The notes beneath the pieces are model-generated. The model searched no databases. It was not told the origin of the DNA and was given only the letters and a program-made list of their open reading frames with translations. A stretch of DNA of 64,000 nt from an uncultured delta proteobacterium. Lineage in GTDB: Bacteria; Myxococcota_A; Polyangia; Fen-1088. Location: assembly GCA_963755125.1 (NCBI GenBank), contig CAVWIP010000014.1:65681-129680 (forward strand). The letters are read 5' to 3'. Both the position numbers and the translations under genes were made by a program. Position 1 is the first letter of the stretch. Every line of letters begins with the position of its first letter. Of this stretch, positions 29,075 to 37,671 are shown piece after piece.

Positions 29075-29461
29075 ATGCCCCGCAACGATCGGATAGTTCG
29101 TGTGGAAACGGTGAAGCGCGCCCTGCTGTCGTCACGGCAAGGCGTATTGCTCAAGGTTCTGGCCGATCGTCACGAATGGAAGCTGCGCAACCTGTACCGC
29201 GACATCGATGCGCTGGACGCCGCCGGGTACATCATCAGGCACGAGAACAACCGCTATTGGATCGAGGGCAGCCCTGAGCGCGCCGCCAGCGCCCCGGACG
29301 CCGACGAGCGCCTGGCCCTGTACTTGGCCCGGCAGAACGCGCGCGCCTGGAAAGAGACCTCGCTCGGCAAGGCCCTGGATCGTCTGTGGCATCGCGTGAG
29401 CGCAGACGCCGCTGCGCACCATGAAGAGCTTGCGATTTTCTTTTCTGCGCGTACCCCGTAA
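29075..29461 (+). CDS. Short HTH protein resembling only the N-terminal wHTH of YafY/DeoR-type (WYL) regulators
   Basis: R.VRV..V...L.....G....LA......RNLYRDIDALDAAGYII fits the YafY-type HTH_11 pattern. No WYL/WCX part follows. A GAGGA SD is present, and a perfect TATAAT lies at 29036-29041. Confidence 0.4.
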   Translation: MPRNDRIVRVETVKRALLSSRQGVLLKVLADRHEWKLRNLYRDIDALDAAGYIIRHENNRYWIEGSPERAASAPDADERLALYLARQNARAWKETSLGKALDRLWHRVSADAAAHHEELAIFFSARTP

Positions 29462-29597
29462 GGTACAATACTAACTGTTCCGACGTAGCTGTTCGCCCGC
29501 CATAGCGCCAGTTCCTCGAAACGGCAAACCCTGGGCGACCGGGGGACGCAAAGCCACGGGACTCTCCGAGTTAGCCGGGCTACCAAAAGGAGAACAC

Positions 29598-30587
29598 ATG
29601 AAACGAGCGATCGGTTTGGGATTTGACTTCGGCGTTCGGGGCGGGTTGGGTTCCTTCACCATCTGTGCATCCCTGGCAGTAATGGGTTGCAGAGGCTCGT
29701 CACCGGAAGGAGCCGGCTATTTGCCCGAGACCAGCCTCACCCCAGCGGGGTTGCCGATGGATCACATCATGCCGTCGGCCCGCGCGAAGATGATGCCGTC
29801 GAATTCGACCAAAATCGTCGCACCAATGTCCGGCCCCGCTGGTGCTGTGCTGATAAACAACGGAGCGAGCTTGACCTCGTCGACCCAGGTCGCGGTTGGC
29901 GTGGCACCGCAAACTGGCACCGCAACGCAGGTCTGCCTGAGCGACACCGGCACGTGCAGTAACTGGCTGCCCTATTCCCCCAGCAAAGACTGGACACTTC
30001 CGCCAGGTGACGGTCCAAAGCGTGTCTATGTCTGGTGGAAGGATGGCGCTGGACAGTCAAGGCCCACTCCAGCAATAGCAAGAATACGCCTTGACACCAC
30101 ACCCCCCGTCGGCGGACGCATCACCCCTGTTCAAAGGGGCCAGACTGTCACATGGAACTGGTCTGGTTTTGTCGATGTTGGCTCTGGCATAGCTAGCTAC
30201 ACGCTGGTGACGGCGCAGTCCAACACCCTGTCGGACTGCAATTTCGGCACCAAGGTCTACACGGGAACGAATAGGTCTTTCACACAAAGCGGCTTGGCTC
30301 CGGGAATCTATTACGCTCTCGTTTGCGCGACAGACGGCGTCGGGAACACCTCCGCTGGAGCTTCCGGGGTCGTGACAATCCCTTCTGTGCAAGGCCGGGC
30401 GTTGGCGTTTTCGAGTCCTCGTCCGAACGCTTACTCTTCGTTGCGGCCCGCAACCTCGCCCACCCTGCCAAGTGGGGCCACCAGCGTTTCCCCTGTCGGC
30501 GCCACTCAATCTTCGCAGCTTCGGTCTTCCGCCGTTTTCGTGCGTTCTCCTTACGTTCTCACGGGTAATACCTCCAGGCATTACTAG
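29598..30587 (+). CDS. Secreted lipoprotein with Ig/FN3-like beta-rich repeats
   Basis: Strong SD AAAGGAGAA, lipobox LAVMGC, and beta-rich sequence (…VYVWWKDGAGQ…, …YYALVCATDGVGNTS…). The 3' part is AT-richer. Confidence 0.55.
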   Translation: MKRAIGLGFDFGVRGGLGSFTICASLAVMGCRGSSPEGAGYLPETSLTPAGLPMDHIMPSARAKMMPSNSTKIVAPMSGPAGAVLINNGASLTSSTQVAVGVAPQTGTATQVCLSDTGTCSNWLPYSPSKDWTLPPGDGPKRVYVWWKDGAGQSRPTPAIARIRLDTTPPVGGRITPVQRGQTVTWNWSGFVDVGSGIASYTLVTAQSNTLSDCNFGTKVYTGTNRSFTQSGLAPGIYYALVCATDGVGNTSAGASGVVTIPSVQGRALAFSSPRPNAYSSLRPATSPTLPSGATSVSPVGATQSSQLRSSAVFVRSPYVLTGNTSRHY

Positions 30588-30648
30588 CCTGGATTTTTGC
30601 GGCGAAACAGCAGAGGTCCTACTTGAATAAACAGCGATGAGTGATCTC

Positions 30649-30816
30649 CTAAGATGACCGGGCCGTTTCCAGGCACGCGCGCAGATCGTTGCGCACCTCC
30701 AGCCCACGGCAACGTTTCAGATCGGGCACGAAACGGTGTTCGAGTTCCCGCTGCCAGCCCGTGCGTAGGACAGTGTGGCATCGTTCGCAGCTGTGAAGTT
30801 CTCGACGGATGGCCAT
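30649..30816 (-). pseudogene. 55-codon HNH-endonuclease-like remnant, too short for the supplied ORF track
   Basis: My translation is MAIRRELHSCERCHTVLRTGWQRELEHRFVPDLKRCRGLEVRNDLRACLETARSS. The pattern CxxC-(13)-EH..P-(13)-N-L..-C fits the first three quarters of an HNH motif. The final CxxC/His is missing. It sits in an AT-rich intergenic patch. Confidence 0.3.
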
Positions 30817-30917
30817 AGTAGCCGGCACGGCGGCCGAAATCCGGATTGACGTAAACTACATCCACCTACGCACCCAATCATCTCTCTACCCAGCTCCAGC
30901 TTCAGCCCGCGCAGGTA

Positions 30918-32003
30918 GTGGCCGAAGATAGGACCATGGACGAAATGCGCTCCTCATTCGATGATCGTTTTCGCCGGCCGGAACAATCCTCCATTTACTG
31001 GGTCCGACGGGACATTGGGATCTGGTGGCGACTGTGTTTACCGTGGTTGGTTTGTGTAGTGGTAACCGCGCTCGGGTTTGGCTGCAGCAACAACTCCAGC
31101 GGAATTGTGGTTGCGCGAGATGGGAATAGCGGTGATGCGCGTCTGGCCGGGGATGCCTCGCCGGATATTTTCACGGATGCGTCCAGCCAGGGTACGGATT
31201 CGGGGACCATCACGGGCGGCGATGTCGCGGCCGGCCGAGACGCGGGAGGCGGCGAGTTTCCGGATGCGTCCAGCCAGAGTACAGATTCGGGGACCATCAC
31301 GGGCGGCGATGTCGCGGCCGGCCGAGACGCGGGAGGCGGCGAGTTTCCGGATGCGTCCAGCCAGGGTACGGATTCGGGGACCATCACGGGCGGCGATGTC
31401 GCGGCCGGCCGAGACGTGGGAGGCGGCGAGTTTCCGGATGCGTCCAGCCAGGGTACGGATTCGGGGACCATCACGGGCGGCGATGTCGCGGCCGGCCGAG
31501 ACGCGGGAGGCGGCGAGGGCGACGGTGGACCAATCTCGGACACGGGCGAGACGTTCTTGGTCCCTATGTACGAGGAGAACACTTCGAGCGCAGGGATCCT
31601 CGAGTCGGGTGTCGCCTACATCATCTCGGTTGGGGGCACGTACAGCCTCTGGCCCTCCACGGACTGGACATTGGTGTGCGCGGGCACGCCCGAATCGGCG
31701 CCCGAGTTCTCGACATCGGAGTCGGGGCCCGTGAGCAACGACGCCGAGTGGCTCTTCGCGTGGCCCATGATCGCATCGTTCTGCGCGAGGGGCGCGGTGC
31801 CCCCGGTGGCGTTTCACGCTCTCCAGTTCGCCGTCGACGGGAGCACATATGTGCCGTTGCAGCCGAGCGAGAAGCTACTGACGGCCGACCATGTGTATCA
31901 CTACAGCGTGATTGGCGCCGGCAGCCCGCTCGGCATCTACGTAACCGACGGCGTGAACGCGTGGGACAACTACGGCGCGCTGCAGGTGACGATCACGCGC
32001 TAA
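30918..32003 (+). CDS. Lipoprotein with four near-perfect 29-aa tandem repeats and a C-terminal globular domain
   Basis: TM/lipobox VVVTALGFGC, then 4 x F(T/P)DASSQ(G/S)TDSGTITGGDVAAGRD(A/V)GGGE. The start is GTG 30918 or ATG 30936. Confidence 0.6.
   Translation: MAEDRTMDEMRSSFDDRFRRPEQSSIYWVRRDIGIWWRLCLPWLVCVVVTALGFGCSNNSSGIVVARDGNSGDARLAGDASPDIFTDASSQGTDSGTITGGDVAAGRDAGGGEFPDASSQSTDSGTITGGDVAAGRDAGGGEFPDASSQGTDSGTITGGDVAAGRDVGGGEFPDASSQGTDSGTITGGDVAAGRDAGGGEGDGGPISDTGETFLVPMYEENTSSAGILESGVAYIISVGGTYSLWPSTDWTLVCAGTPESAPEFSTSESGPVSNDAEWLFAWPMIASFCARGAVPPVAFHALQFAVDGSTYVPLQPSEKLLTADHVYHYSVIGAGSPLGIYVTDGVNAWDNYGALQVTITR
31170..31517 (+). repeat. 4 x 87-bp near-identical in-frame tandem repeat (VNTR-like)
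   Basis: Units start at 31170, 31257, 31344 and 31431. Only a few substitutions are seen between units (ggtacg/agtaca, gcg/gtg, acg/ccg). Confidence 0.95.
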
Positions 32004-32359
32004 GGAACTCCGGGTAGTGGGGACATCAGCCGTCGAGCGACGGGCCGGAGTAGACATCGTGCACGTGGGGACTCGGGTATCGCGTCGGTGGCTAACCCTG
32101 GGGGCAGATGACGAAGAGCGGCGGCGAAATGGTGGCGCGCAATCGTTGTGGCTGCGCGAAGTTAAGGGCCGCCGGGCCAGGGCGCCGAGTTCGAGGTCGT
32201 CCTGCCCACGGTACCCGTGGAGTCGGGGCGGCAGAGGCGTGTGGTGGAGAGAATGCTCAACGTGGGGCCGAGGGAACAGAAACGAAGGAATATCGTTCCG
32301 CAATCGTTCCGGAGCGACATTGGCGCCGCCTCGCGCCGCCGAAAACCCCGGTAATTTCG

Positions 32360-32432
32360 TGGAGCTGAACGGGATCGAACCGTCGGCCTCCTGAATGCCA
32401 TTCAGGCGCTCTCCCAGCTGAGCTACAGCCCC
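32360..32432 (-). tRNA. tRNA-Ala (anticodon GGC)
   Basis: The reverse complement GGGGCTGTAGCTCAGCTGGGAGAGCGCCTGAATGGCATTCAGGAGGCCGACGGTTCGATCCCGTTCAGCTCCA folds as a cloverleaf. The acceptor is GGGGCTG/CAGCTCC with the G3:U70 Ala identity pair, the anticodon loop is AU-GGC-AU, and the T-loop is TTCGATC. CCA is not encoded. Confidence 0.9.
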
Positions 32433-32594
32433 ATGTCCCCTTGCGGGGCGTAAAGGTAATTACCAGCCGGCGCGCCGTTGGTCAACACCCTCCGCGGCGC
32501 GCTTGCTTGACACGGGGGCATGGGGTGTCAGAGTCTGCCCTTCCCCGGGGACCCAATCCCTGAGTCTTCCAAGAGATTTTCTGCAGGAGAAGCC

Positions 32595-33695
32595 ATGGCA
32601 ACGATCGATTTCGGTGGAGTCAAAGAAGAAGTCGTCACCCGCGAAGAGTTCCCCATGAAGAAGGCGCTCGAGGTCTTGAAGAACGAGACGGTCGCGGTGA
32701 TCGGCTATGGCGTGCAGGGCCCGGCCCAGTCGCTTAACATGCGGGACAACGGCGTCAACGTCATCATCGGCCAGGCGTCCAAGTTCAAGCGCGACTGGGA
32801 CCGCGCCATCAACGACGGCTGGGTGCCGGGCAAGACCCTGTTCGAGATCGAGGAAGCCGCGGAGCGCGGCACCATCATCCAGATGCTGGTCTCGGACGCC
32901 GCGCAAAAGGCGATCTGGCCCGAGATCAAGAAGCACCTCAAGAAGGGCGACGCGGTCTACTTCTCGCACGGTTTCTCTATCGTCTACAAAGATCAGACGG
33001 GCGTGATTCCGCCGAAGGACGTGGACGTGATCATGGTCGCGCCCAAGGGCTCGGGCCTGAACGTGCGGCGCAATTTCCTGTCGGGCGCGGGCATCAACTC
33101 CAGCTTCGCGGTCGAGCAGGACGCCACCGGCCGCGCACGCGAGCGCGCCATCGCCATCGGCATCGCGGTGGGTTCGGGCTATCTGTTCCCCACCACCTTC
33201 CAGAAGGAAGTGTACAGCGATCTGACCGGCGAGCGCGGCGTGCTGATGGGCGCGCTGGCCGGGATCATGGACGCCCAGTACGAAGTGCTGCGCGCCAACG
33301 GCCACAGCCCGAGCGAGGCATTCAACGAGACGGTCGAGGAGCTGACCCAGAGCCTCATCCGTCTGGTCGACGAGAACGGCATGGACTGGATGTACTCGAA
33401 CTGCTCGGCCACCGCGCAGCGGGGCGCGCTCGACTGGCGCCCGCGCTTCAAGTCGGCGGTGCTGCCGGTTTTCCACTGGCTCTACGACCGCGTGGCCTCG
33501 GGCAAGGAAACCGCGCGCGTGCTCGAGTCCACCGGCGGCCCCAACTACCAGGAGCTGCTCGGCAAGGAACTGGCCGAGATGGGCAACAGCGAAATGTGGC
33601 GCGCCGGGAAAGCCACGCGCGCGTTGCGCCCCAAAGAGGCAGCGAAGGCCATCTCGGCGGATACTAAGGGCGTGGGCGGCCGCAGCGAGAATTAG
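32595..33695 (+). CDS. ilvC: Ketol-acid reductoisomerase
   Basis: AVIGYGVQGPAQSLNMRDNG Rossmann motif, plus downstream conserved blocks (…FSHGF…, …VAPKG.G..VR…, …GERGVLMGA…). A GGAGAA SD precedes ATG 32595. Confidence 0.9.
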   Translation: MATIDFGGVKEEVVTREEFPMKKALEVLKNETVAVIGYGVQGPAQSLNMRDNGVNVIIGQASKFKRDWDRAINDGWVPGKTLFEIEEAAERGTIIQMLVSDAAQKAIWPEIKKHLKKGDAVYFSHGFSIVYKDQTGVIPPKDVDVIMVAPKGSGLNVRRNFLSGAGINSSFAVEQDATGRARERAIAIGIAVGSGYLFPTTFQKEVYSDLTGERGVLMGALAGIMDAQYEVLRANGHSPSEAFNETVEELTQSLIRLVDENGMDWMYSNCSATAQRGALDWRPRFKSAVLPVFHWLYDRVASGKETARVLESTGGPNYQELLGKELAEMGNSEMWRAGKATRALRPKEAAKAISADTKGVGGRSEN

Positions 33696-33938
33696 AACGC
33701 TCAGAACAGGTCGGCGCCGATCCCCAGCACGGCGGCGGAGTCCTGTGCGGTCTGGGGTCCTGCCAACTCGACGGTGAAACCGCCGCGCACGTTCGGGCGT
33801 CTTGCGCCGAAAGTGAATCCGACGCGCCAATCGAAGCCGACGCCCTTGTACTCTGAAGGCGGGGGAGGGTCGCCCGAGAAACCGCAAGAGCGAGATCCAC
33901 CGTCTGCCGACGAACCCTCACCGGTGGCCAAGGGATTT

Positions 33939-34649
33939 CTAGATCCTCCGTCGCAACAGCAGTAGCCCCACGCCCACCACCACAAGCAGTTGCCACAGGC
34001 GTGGGCCATAGACCATCAGGCTGCCCAGCAGAAAGAGCGCCAACACCACGGCTGCAATGACCGGCAGGTTGCCGGTTGACCTGAGCTCAACCCGAAACTC
34101 ATCCGGCGGTGGCACGTTGCGACCCATGATGAAACGCCACAGCGCGATCTGCTCGCCGGCCCGGCGCGGATGGCGGCCCATCTCGCGCGCCGCCAGTGCC
34201 TCCAGTTCGGCTCGTAGGGCCGCCTGCTGGTCCGGCGAGAGCCCGCCAGCCTCCGGCGCGGGCCACTCGCGTGCGGGTTTCTGCGCCTCTGCTTCGGGCC
34301 GACTGGCCCGCCACAGTTTCTCGTTGTGGGCGCGTGCCGCGGCAGTGTCCAGCCGCGCTCCACAGTTGACGCAGGTCCGGTCAAAGAGATTGTTGGGTCT
34401 TTCGCAGTGGGGACAGTCGTTGCGAGGGACGGCCTTGAAGCCTTCCGCATCCACGGCGATCGAGGAGCCGTCCTCGGTGGACGGGCGGAACGCGCTGGAA
34501 AGGCGATTGGCCGGCGGCTTTTCCCCGGGCGCCAGCACCACGTCGAAGCGGTCGCTGGTGACGGTGTGGTTCGGCTCGCCGGCGGCTTCGCTGCGCGGCC
34601 CTTCGAGCTGGCGGAAACGGTCGCGGGTTTCGTCGTCCATGACTGGCAA
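33939..34649 (-). CDS. Zinc-ribbon protein with C-terminal double TM anchor
   Basis: CPHCERPNNLFDRTCVNCGARL (CxxC-x11-CxxC) and two C-terminal hydrophobic helices (LPVIAAVVLALFLLGSLMVYG, LWQLLVVVGVGLLLL). It starts 9 nt after the AAA+ gene stop. Confidence 0.55.
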   Translation of the reverse strand: MPVMDDETRDRFRQLEGPRSEAAGEPNHTVTSDRFDVVLAPGEKPPANRLSSAFRPSTEDGSSIAVDAEGFKAVPRNDCPHCERPNNLFDRTCVNCGARLDTAAARAHNEKLWRASRPEAEAQKPAREWPAPEAGGLSPDQQAALRAELEALAAREMGRHPRRAGEQIALWRFIMGRNVPPPDEFRVELRSTGNLPVIAAVVLALFLLGSLMVYGPRLWQLLVVVGVGLLLLRRRI

Positions 34650-34658
34650 AGCTCCGCG

Positions 34659-36215
34659 CTAGACGATCCCGATCTTACCTGGACGCTCGGGCGTGGAGGC
34701 TGGGCGGGTGCGCGTGCGTGCCCATTCGCGCAGACGCGCGATGTCCTCGCGCATGGTCACGGCCAAGGGCATGGTCTCGCTGAGCGCGGCAACCAGGTGT
34801 TGCTGTTGCAGTTCCACGCCCTCGGCAAAGGCCGCGTACAGCCCGCTCACCACCACCTGCTCGATCTCGGCGCCGCTGAAGTGCTCGGCCCGCCGGGCCA
34901 GCTCTTCGACATTGAAATTGTCAGGGTTGCGACCGAAACGCTGCAGGTGAATGGTGAAGATCTGGGCGCGCTCGCCGGCGGTGGGCAGATCGATGAAGAA
35001 GATCTCGTCGAAGCGGCCCTTGCGCAGCAGTTCCGCCGGCAGGCTGTCGATGCGGTTGGCGGTGGCCACCACGAACACCGGCGCGGTCTTCTCCTGCAAC
35101 CAGGTGAGAAAGGTGCCGAAGACGCGCGCGGTGACGCCGCTGTCGCTGGCCCCGGACGACCCGATTCCGGCCAGGCTCTTTTCCAGCTCGTCGACCCACA
35201 GCACGGCCGGGGCGATGCTCTCGGCGATGCGCATGGCCTTGCGCATGTTCTCCTCGGACGAGCCCACCAGGCCGCTGAAGATGCGCCCCATGTCCAGGCG
35301 GAGCAACGGCAGATGCCACTGCGACGCTACCGCCTTGGCGGTCAGGCTTTTGCCGCAGCCTTGCACCCCGAGCAGCAGCAGGCCCTTGGGCGCGGGCAAC
35401 CCGAACTGGCGCGCGCGCTCGGTGAAGGCGGCGGTGCGCTGATCCAGCCAGGCCTTCAGGTTCTGCAGGCCGCCGATGCTGGCGAAGCTCTCGGCGGTTG
35501 CGTAGTACTCCAGCAGGCCGCTCTTGCGGATGAGCTGGCGTTTTTCCGTGAGCACCAACTGGATGTCAGCCGCGTCCAGGCGCTGGTCCTTGGCGATGGC
35601 CTTGGCAAAGGCATTCTCGGCCTCGGACAGCGTCAGTCCCAAGGCAGCCTTGAGCAGGGGCTCGACTTCCTCGTTGCGCAGGTCGATGACGGCCTTCTTG
35701 CCCTCGCGTACCACAGCCACGATCTCGCGCAATAGCTTGAGCAGATCCTCGATGGCGGGCAGGGGCACGTCCAGCACCGAGATTTCCTTTTCCAGTTCGA
35801 TCGGGATGTTGAGCACCGGCGAGACCAGCACCATGGTCGTGAACGTGCTCTTCAGGCTGCGGGCCAGCTCGCGCGTGCGCCGGATCACCGCTGCATCGTT
35901 CAGGTAGGGATGGAAGTCCTTGAACACGACCAGCGCTGGCTCGGTCAACTTCTCCACGGCCGCGAGCGCGCCGCCCGGGTCCGTGGGCCCGTCGGCCTTG
36001 CTCGCGGTCCTGCCATTGTCCATGCGGCAGAGGCCTTGCGTGGCGGACCAGGTGAAAAGCGCCTTGCCGTGAGATTCGGCCAGGGTCGCGAGCACGACGT
36101 CAACGCGTTGCTCTTCCCAGGTCACCAGATAGATGAGTGGGTAGCGGGCGCGAATGAGGACGTCCAGCTCGTCGACGAAAGCGGACAGGGAAGGGCTGGT
36201 CGGCGAATCGGGCAT
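34659..36215 (-). CDS. Ycf46-like AAA+ ATPase (single C-terminal AAA module, about 250-aa N-terminal domain)
   Basis: Walker A is [13 protein letters not shown] and Walker B is [10 protein letters not shown]. The blocks [48 protein letters not shown] and FSGAEIEQ closely parallel cyanobacterial/plastid Ycf46. Confidence 0.8.
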   Translation of the reverse strand: MPDSPTSPSLSAFVDELDVLIRARYPLIYLVTWEEQRVDVVLATLAESHGKALFTWSATQGLCRMDNGRTASKADGPTDPGGALAAVEKLTEPALVVFKDFHPYLNDAAVIRRTRELARSLKSTFTTMVLVSPVLNIPIELEKEISVLDVPLPAIEDLLKLLREIVAVVREGKKAVIDLRNEEVEPLLKAALGLTLSEAENAFAKAIAKDQRLDAADIQLVLTEKRQLIRKSGLLEYYATAESFASIGGLQNLKAWLDQRTAAFTERARQFGLPAPKGLLLLGVQGCGKSLTAKAVASQWHLPLLRLDMGRIFSGLVGSSEENMRKAMRIAESIAPAVLWVDELEKSLAGIGSSGASDSGVTARVFGTFLTWLQEKTAPVFVVATANRIDSLPAELLRKGRFDEIFFIDLPTAGERAQIFTIHLQRFGRNPDNFNVEELARRAEHFSGAEIEQVVVSGLYAAFAEGVELQQQHLVAALSETMPLAVTMREDIARLREWARTRTRPASTPERPGKIGIV

Positions 36216-36364
36216 GTCTCGCTATTATGCTCCGGTCTGGCGGCGCCAAGAAGAAGGCTCTGCCGCGGGAGGCCCGTCCGTCTTTCCCTGGCGCGCAGGG
36301 TCACACGATCCCATGACTCAAGCCGGGTGCCGGAACAGACGAGATTCCCCTTTGAAAGTCGAAG

Positions 36365-36393
36365 TCTGCGGGCGCGGATGCCGAGCCCGCAGA
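36365..36393. promoter_or_regulatory. 9-bp perfect inverted repeat (TCTGCGGGC-N11-GCCCGCAGA) in the divergent AAA+/cheY intergenic region
   Basis: Read directly from the sequence. It ends 67 nt upstream of the cheY GTG (36461, SD GGGAGG). It could be an operator or a 5'-UTR hairpin. Confidence 0.25.
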
Positions 36394-36460
36394 GAGTCCC
36401 CATGGCACGAGAAGGAAGCCCCAACGAAACAAGGGAGCCGAACTCCCAAGGGAGGAACGC

Positions 36461-36850
36461 GTGAACGCGGTCAAGAACAGAAAAGTTCTCGTTGTCGAGG
36501 ACTCCCGGCTCATCCACAAAATGTACGAAGTCATGCTACGGCCAACCACCTTGGTGTCCGCCTACGATGGGCGCGATGGGCTGGACAAGCTCAGCCAGAG
36601 CCCTGACGTGGATCTCATCATCCTGGATATCAACATGCCGAAGATGACCGGGCTGGAGTTTCTGGCGCAGGTGAAGTCCACCCCGGCCCTGGCCCAGATT
36701 CCCGTGATCATCGTCTCCACCGAGGGCAAGGAGGAGGATGTCGCGCGCGGCCTGCAGAACGGAGCCGCGGCTTATCTCAGGAAACCGTTTCAGCGCGAGG
36801 ATCTCCTCAAGTTGGTCAACCGGCTCGAGTCCAAGCAACCTGCGGCATGA
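36461..36850 (+). CDS. cheY: CheY-like single-domain response regulator
   Basis: VLVVEDS, phospho-acceptor context DLIILDINMPKMTG, IIVSTEG and YLRKPF. GTG start with a GGGAGG SD. Confidence 0.85.
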   Translation: MNAVKNRKVLVVEDSRLIHKMYEVMLRPTTLVSAYDGRDGLDKLSQSPDVDLIILDINMPKMTGLEFLAQVKSTPALAQIPVIIVSTEGKEEDVARGLQNGAAAYLRKPFQREDLLKLVNRLESKQPAA

Positions 36851-37632
36851 GCGACGGCAGCAACATGACTGACCCAATTCTTCCCGCAGATGTGCCCGCC
36901 GACGAGGGCGCTCTGGCCCAGGGAGGGCGAGATGCAATGGCCACCTTGCAGCGGGCGCAGCAACTCGTGCGCGATGCGCAGGCGGCCATCGAGGAGGCGA
37001 GCCGAGTGGTGGGCCTGGGCAACGGGGCAGGGCCGTCGGACGGGGTAGAGGCGCGCCTGGTCGCCGCGGAGAACGAGCGCGCGGAGCTGACCGGTCGCCT
37101 GGCCGATGTGGAGCACCAGGTGGGCCGCCTGATGACCCTGTACGTGGCCACCTATCAACTTCATGCCACGCTCGACCCGGTCGAGGTGCAGACGACCATC
37201 GCCGAGATCGCACTCAACCTGATCGGCGCCGAGCAGTTCGTGCTGCTGCTCATCGACGATGAGGATCAGAGCTACGAAATACGGCTCAGGCAAGGCGAGC
37301 CCACCACGCCCTGGGCGCAGGCCGAACGCTACGCAGGCGGCGATTTTCTGGTGGACGCGGCGCTGGCCGACGGCGGGCTGCGATTCGGTCCCACCGCGCA
37401 ATCGTCGGCCCTGGCGGTGGTGCCCTTGCGCGTGCAGGACGTGACCGTCGGGGCGCTGGTCATCTTCAAGCTGCTGGCGCACAAGCCGGCCTTCGTGAAG
37501 GAAGACCACGATCTGCTCGATCTGCTGGGGGCTCATGCCGCATCTGCGGTCTTCGCCTCCCGGGTTTACTCCAAGACGGCGCGCAAGCTGCGCACGCTCG
37601 AGAGCCTGATCCGCTTGGTCAACAAAGGATGA
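36847..37632 (+). CDS. Coiled-coil plus GAF-domain protein
   Basis: ATGA overlap with cheY. The N-terminal part is coiled-coil-like (…AENERAELTGRLADVEHQVGRLMTLY…). The GAF-like core is EIALNLIGAEQFVLLLIDDE…AVVPLRVQDVTVGALVIFKLL…DLLDLLGAHAA. Confidence 0.6.
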   Translation: MSDGSNMTDPILPADVPADEGALAQGGRDAMATLQRAQQLVRDAQAAIEEASRVVGLGNGAGPSDGVEARLVAAENERAELTGRLADVEHQVGRLMTLYVATYQLHATLDPVEVQTTIAEIALNLIGAEQFVLLLIDDEDQSYEIRLRQGEPTTPWAQAERYAGGDFLVDAALADGGLRFGPTAQSSALAVVPLRVQDVTVGALVIFKLLAHKPAFVKEDHDLLDLLGAHAASAVFASRVYSKTARKLRTLESLIRLVNKG

Positions 37633-37671
37633 CGTGATCGGGACGACCTGGCATAACCTGGGGCCGCGCGC

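Noticed and set aside
32507-32535. Sigma-70-like promoter for ilvC (TTGACA at 32507-32512).
   Set aside because: The hexamer 17 nt downstream is AGAGTC, a poor -10. There is not enough support to call it.
32460-33887. 475-aa minus-strand ORF.
   Set aside because: It is antisense to ilvC, has Arg/Ala/Gly-rich nonsense composition, and its 5' end runs beyond ilvC. This is a shadow ORF.
33701-34009. 102-aa minus ORF with a beta-strand-like C-terminus ending in F (…GFDWRVGFTFGARRPNVRGGFTVELAG…GADLF).
   Set aside because: Its 5' part overlaps the 3' end of the zinc-ribbon gene and is Trp/Cys-rich nonsense. No internal start with an RBS is evident. It is possibly a remnant, but I cannot support it.
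34326-35735. 469-aa plus-strand ORF.
   Set aside because: It is antisense to the Ycf46-like AAA+ gene, whose Walker motifs are unambiguous.
36403-36420. Sigma-54 promoter upstream of cheY (TGGCAC at 36403-36408).
   Set aside because: The required -12 element (TTGC(A/T) after 5 nt) is absent; the sequence reads GAGAAGGAAG.
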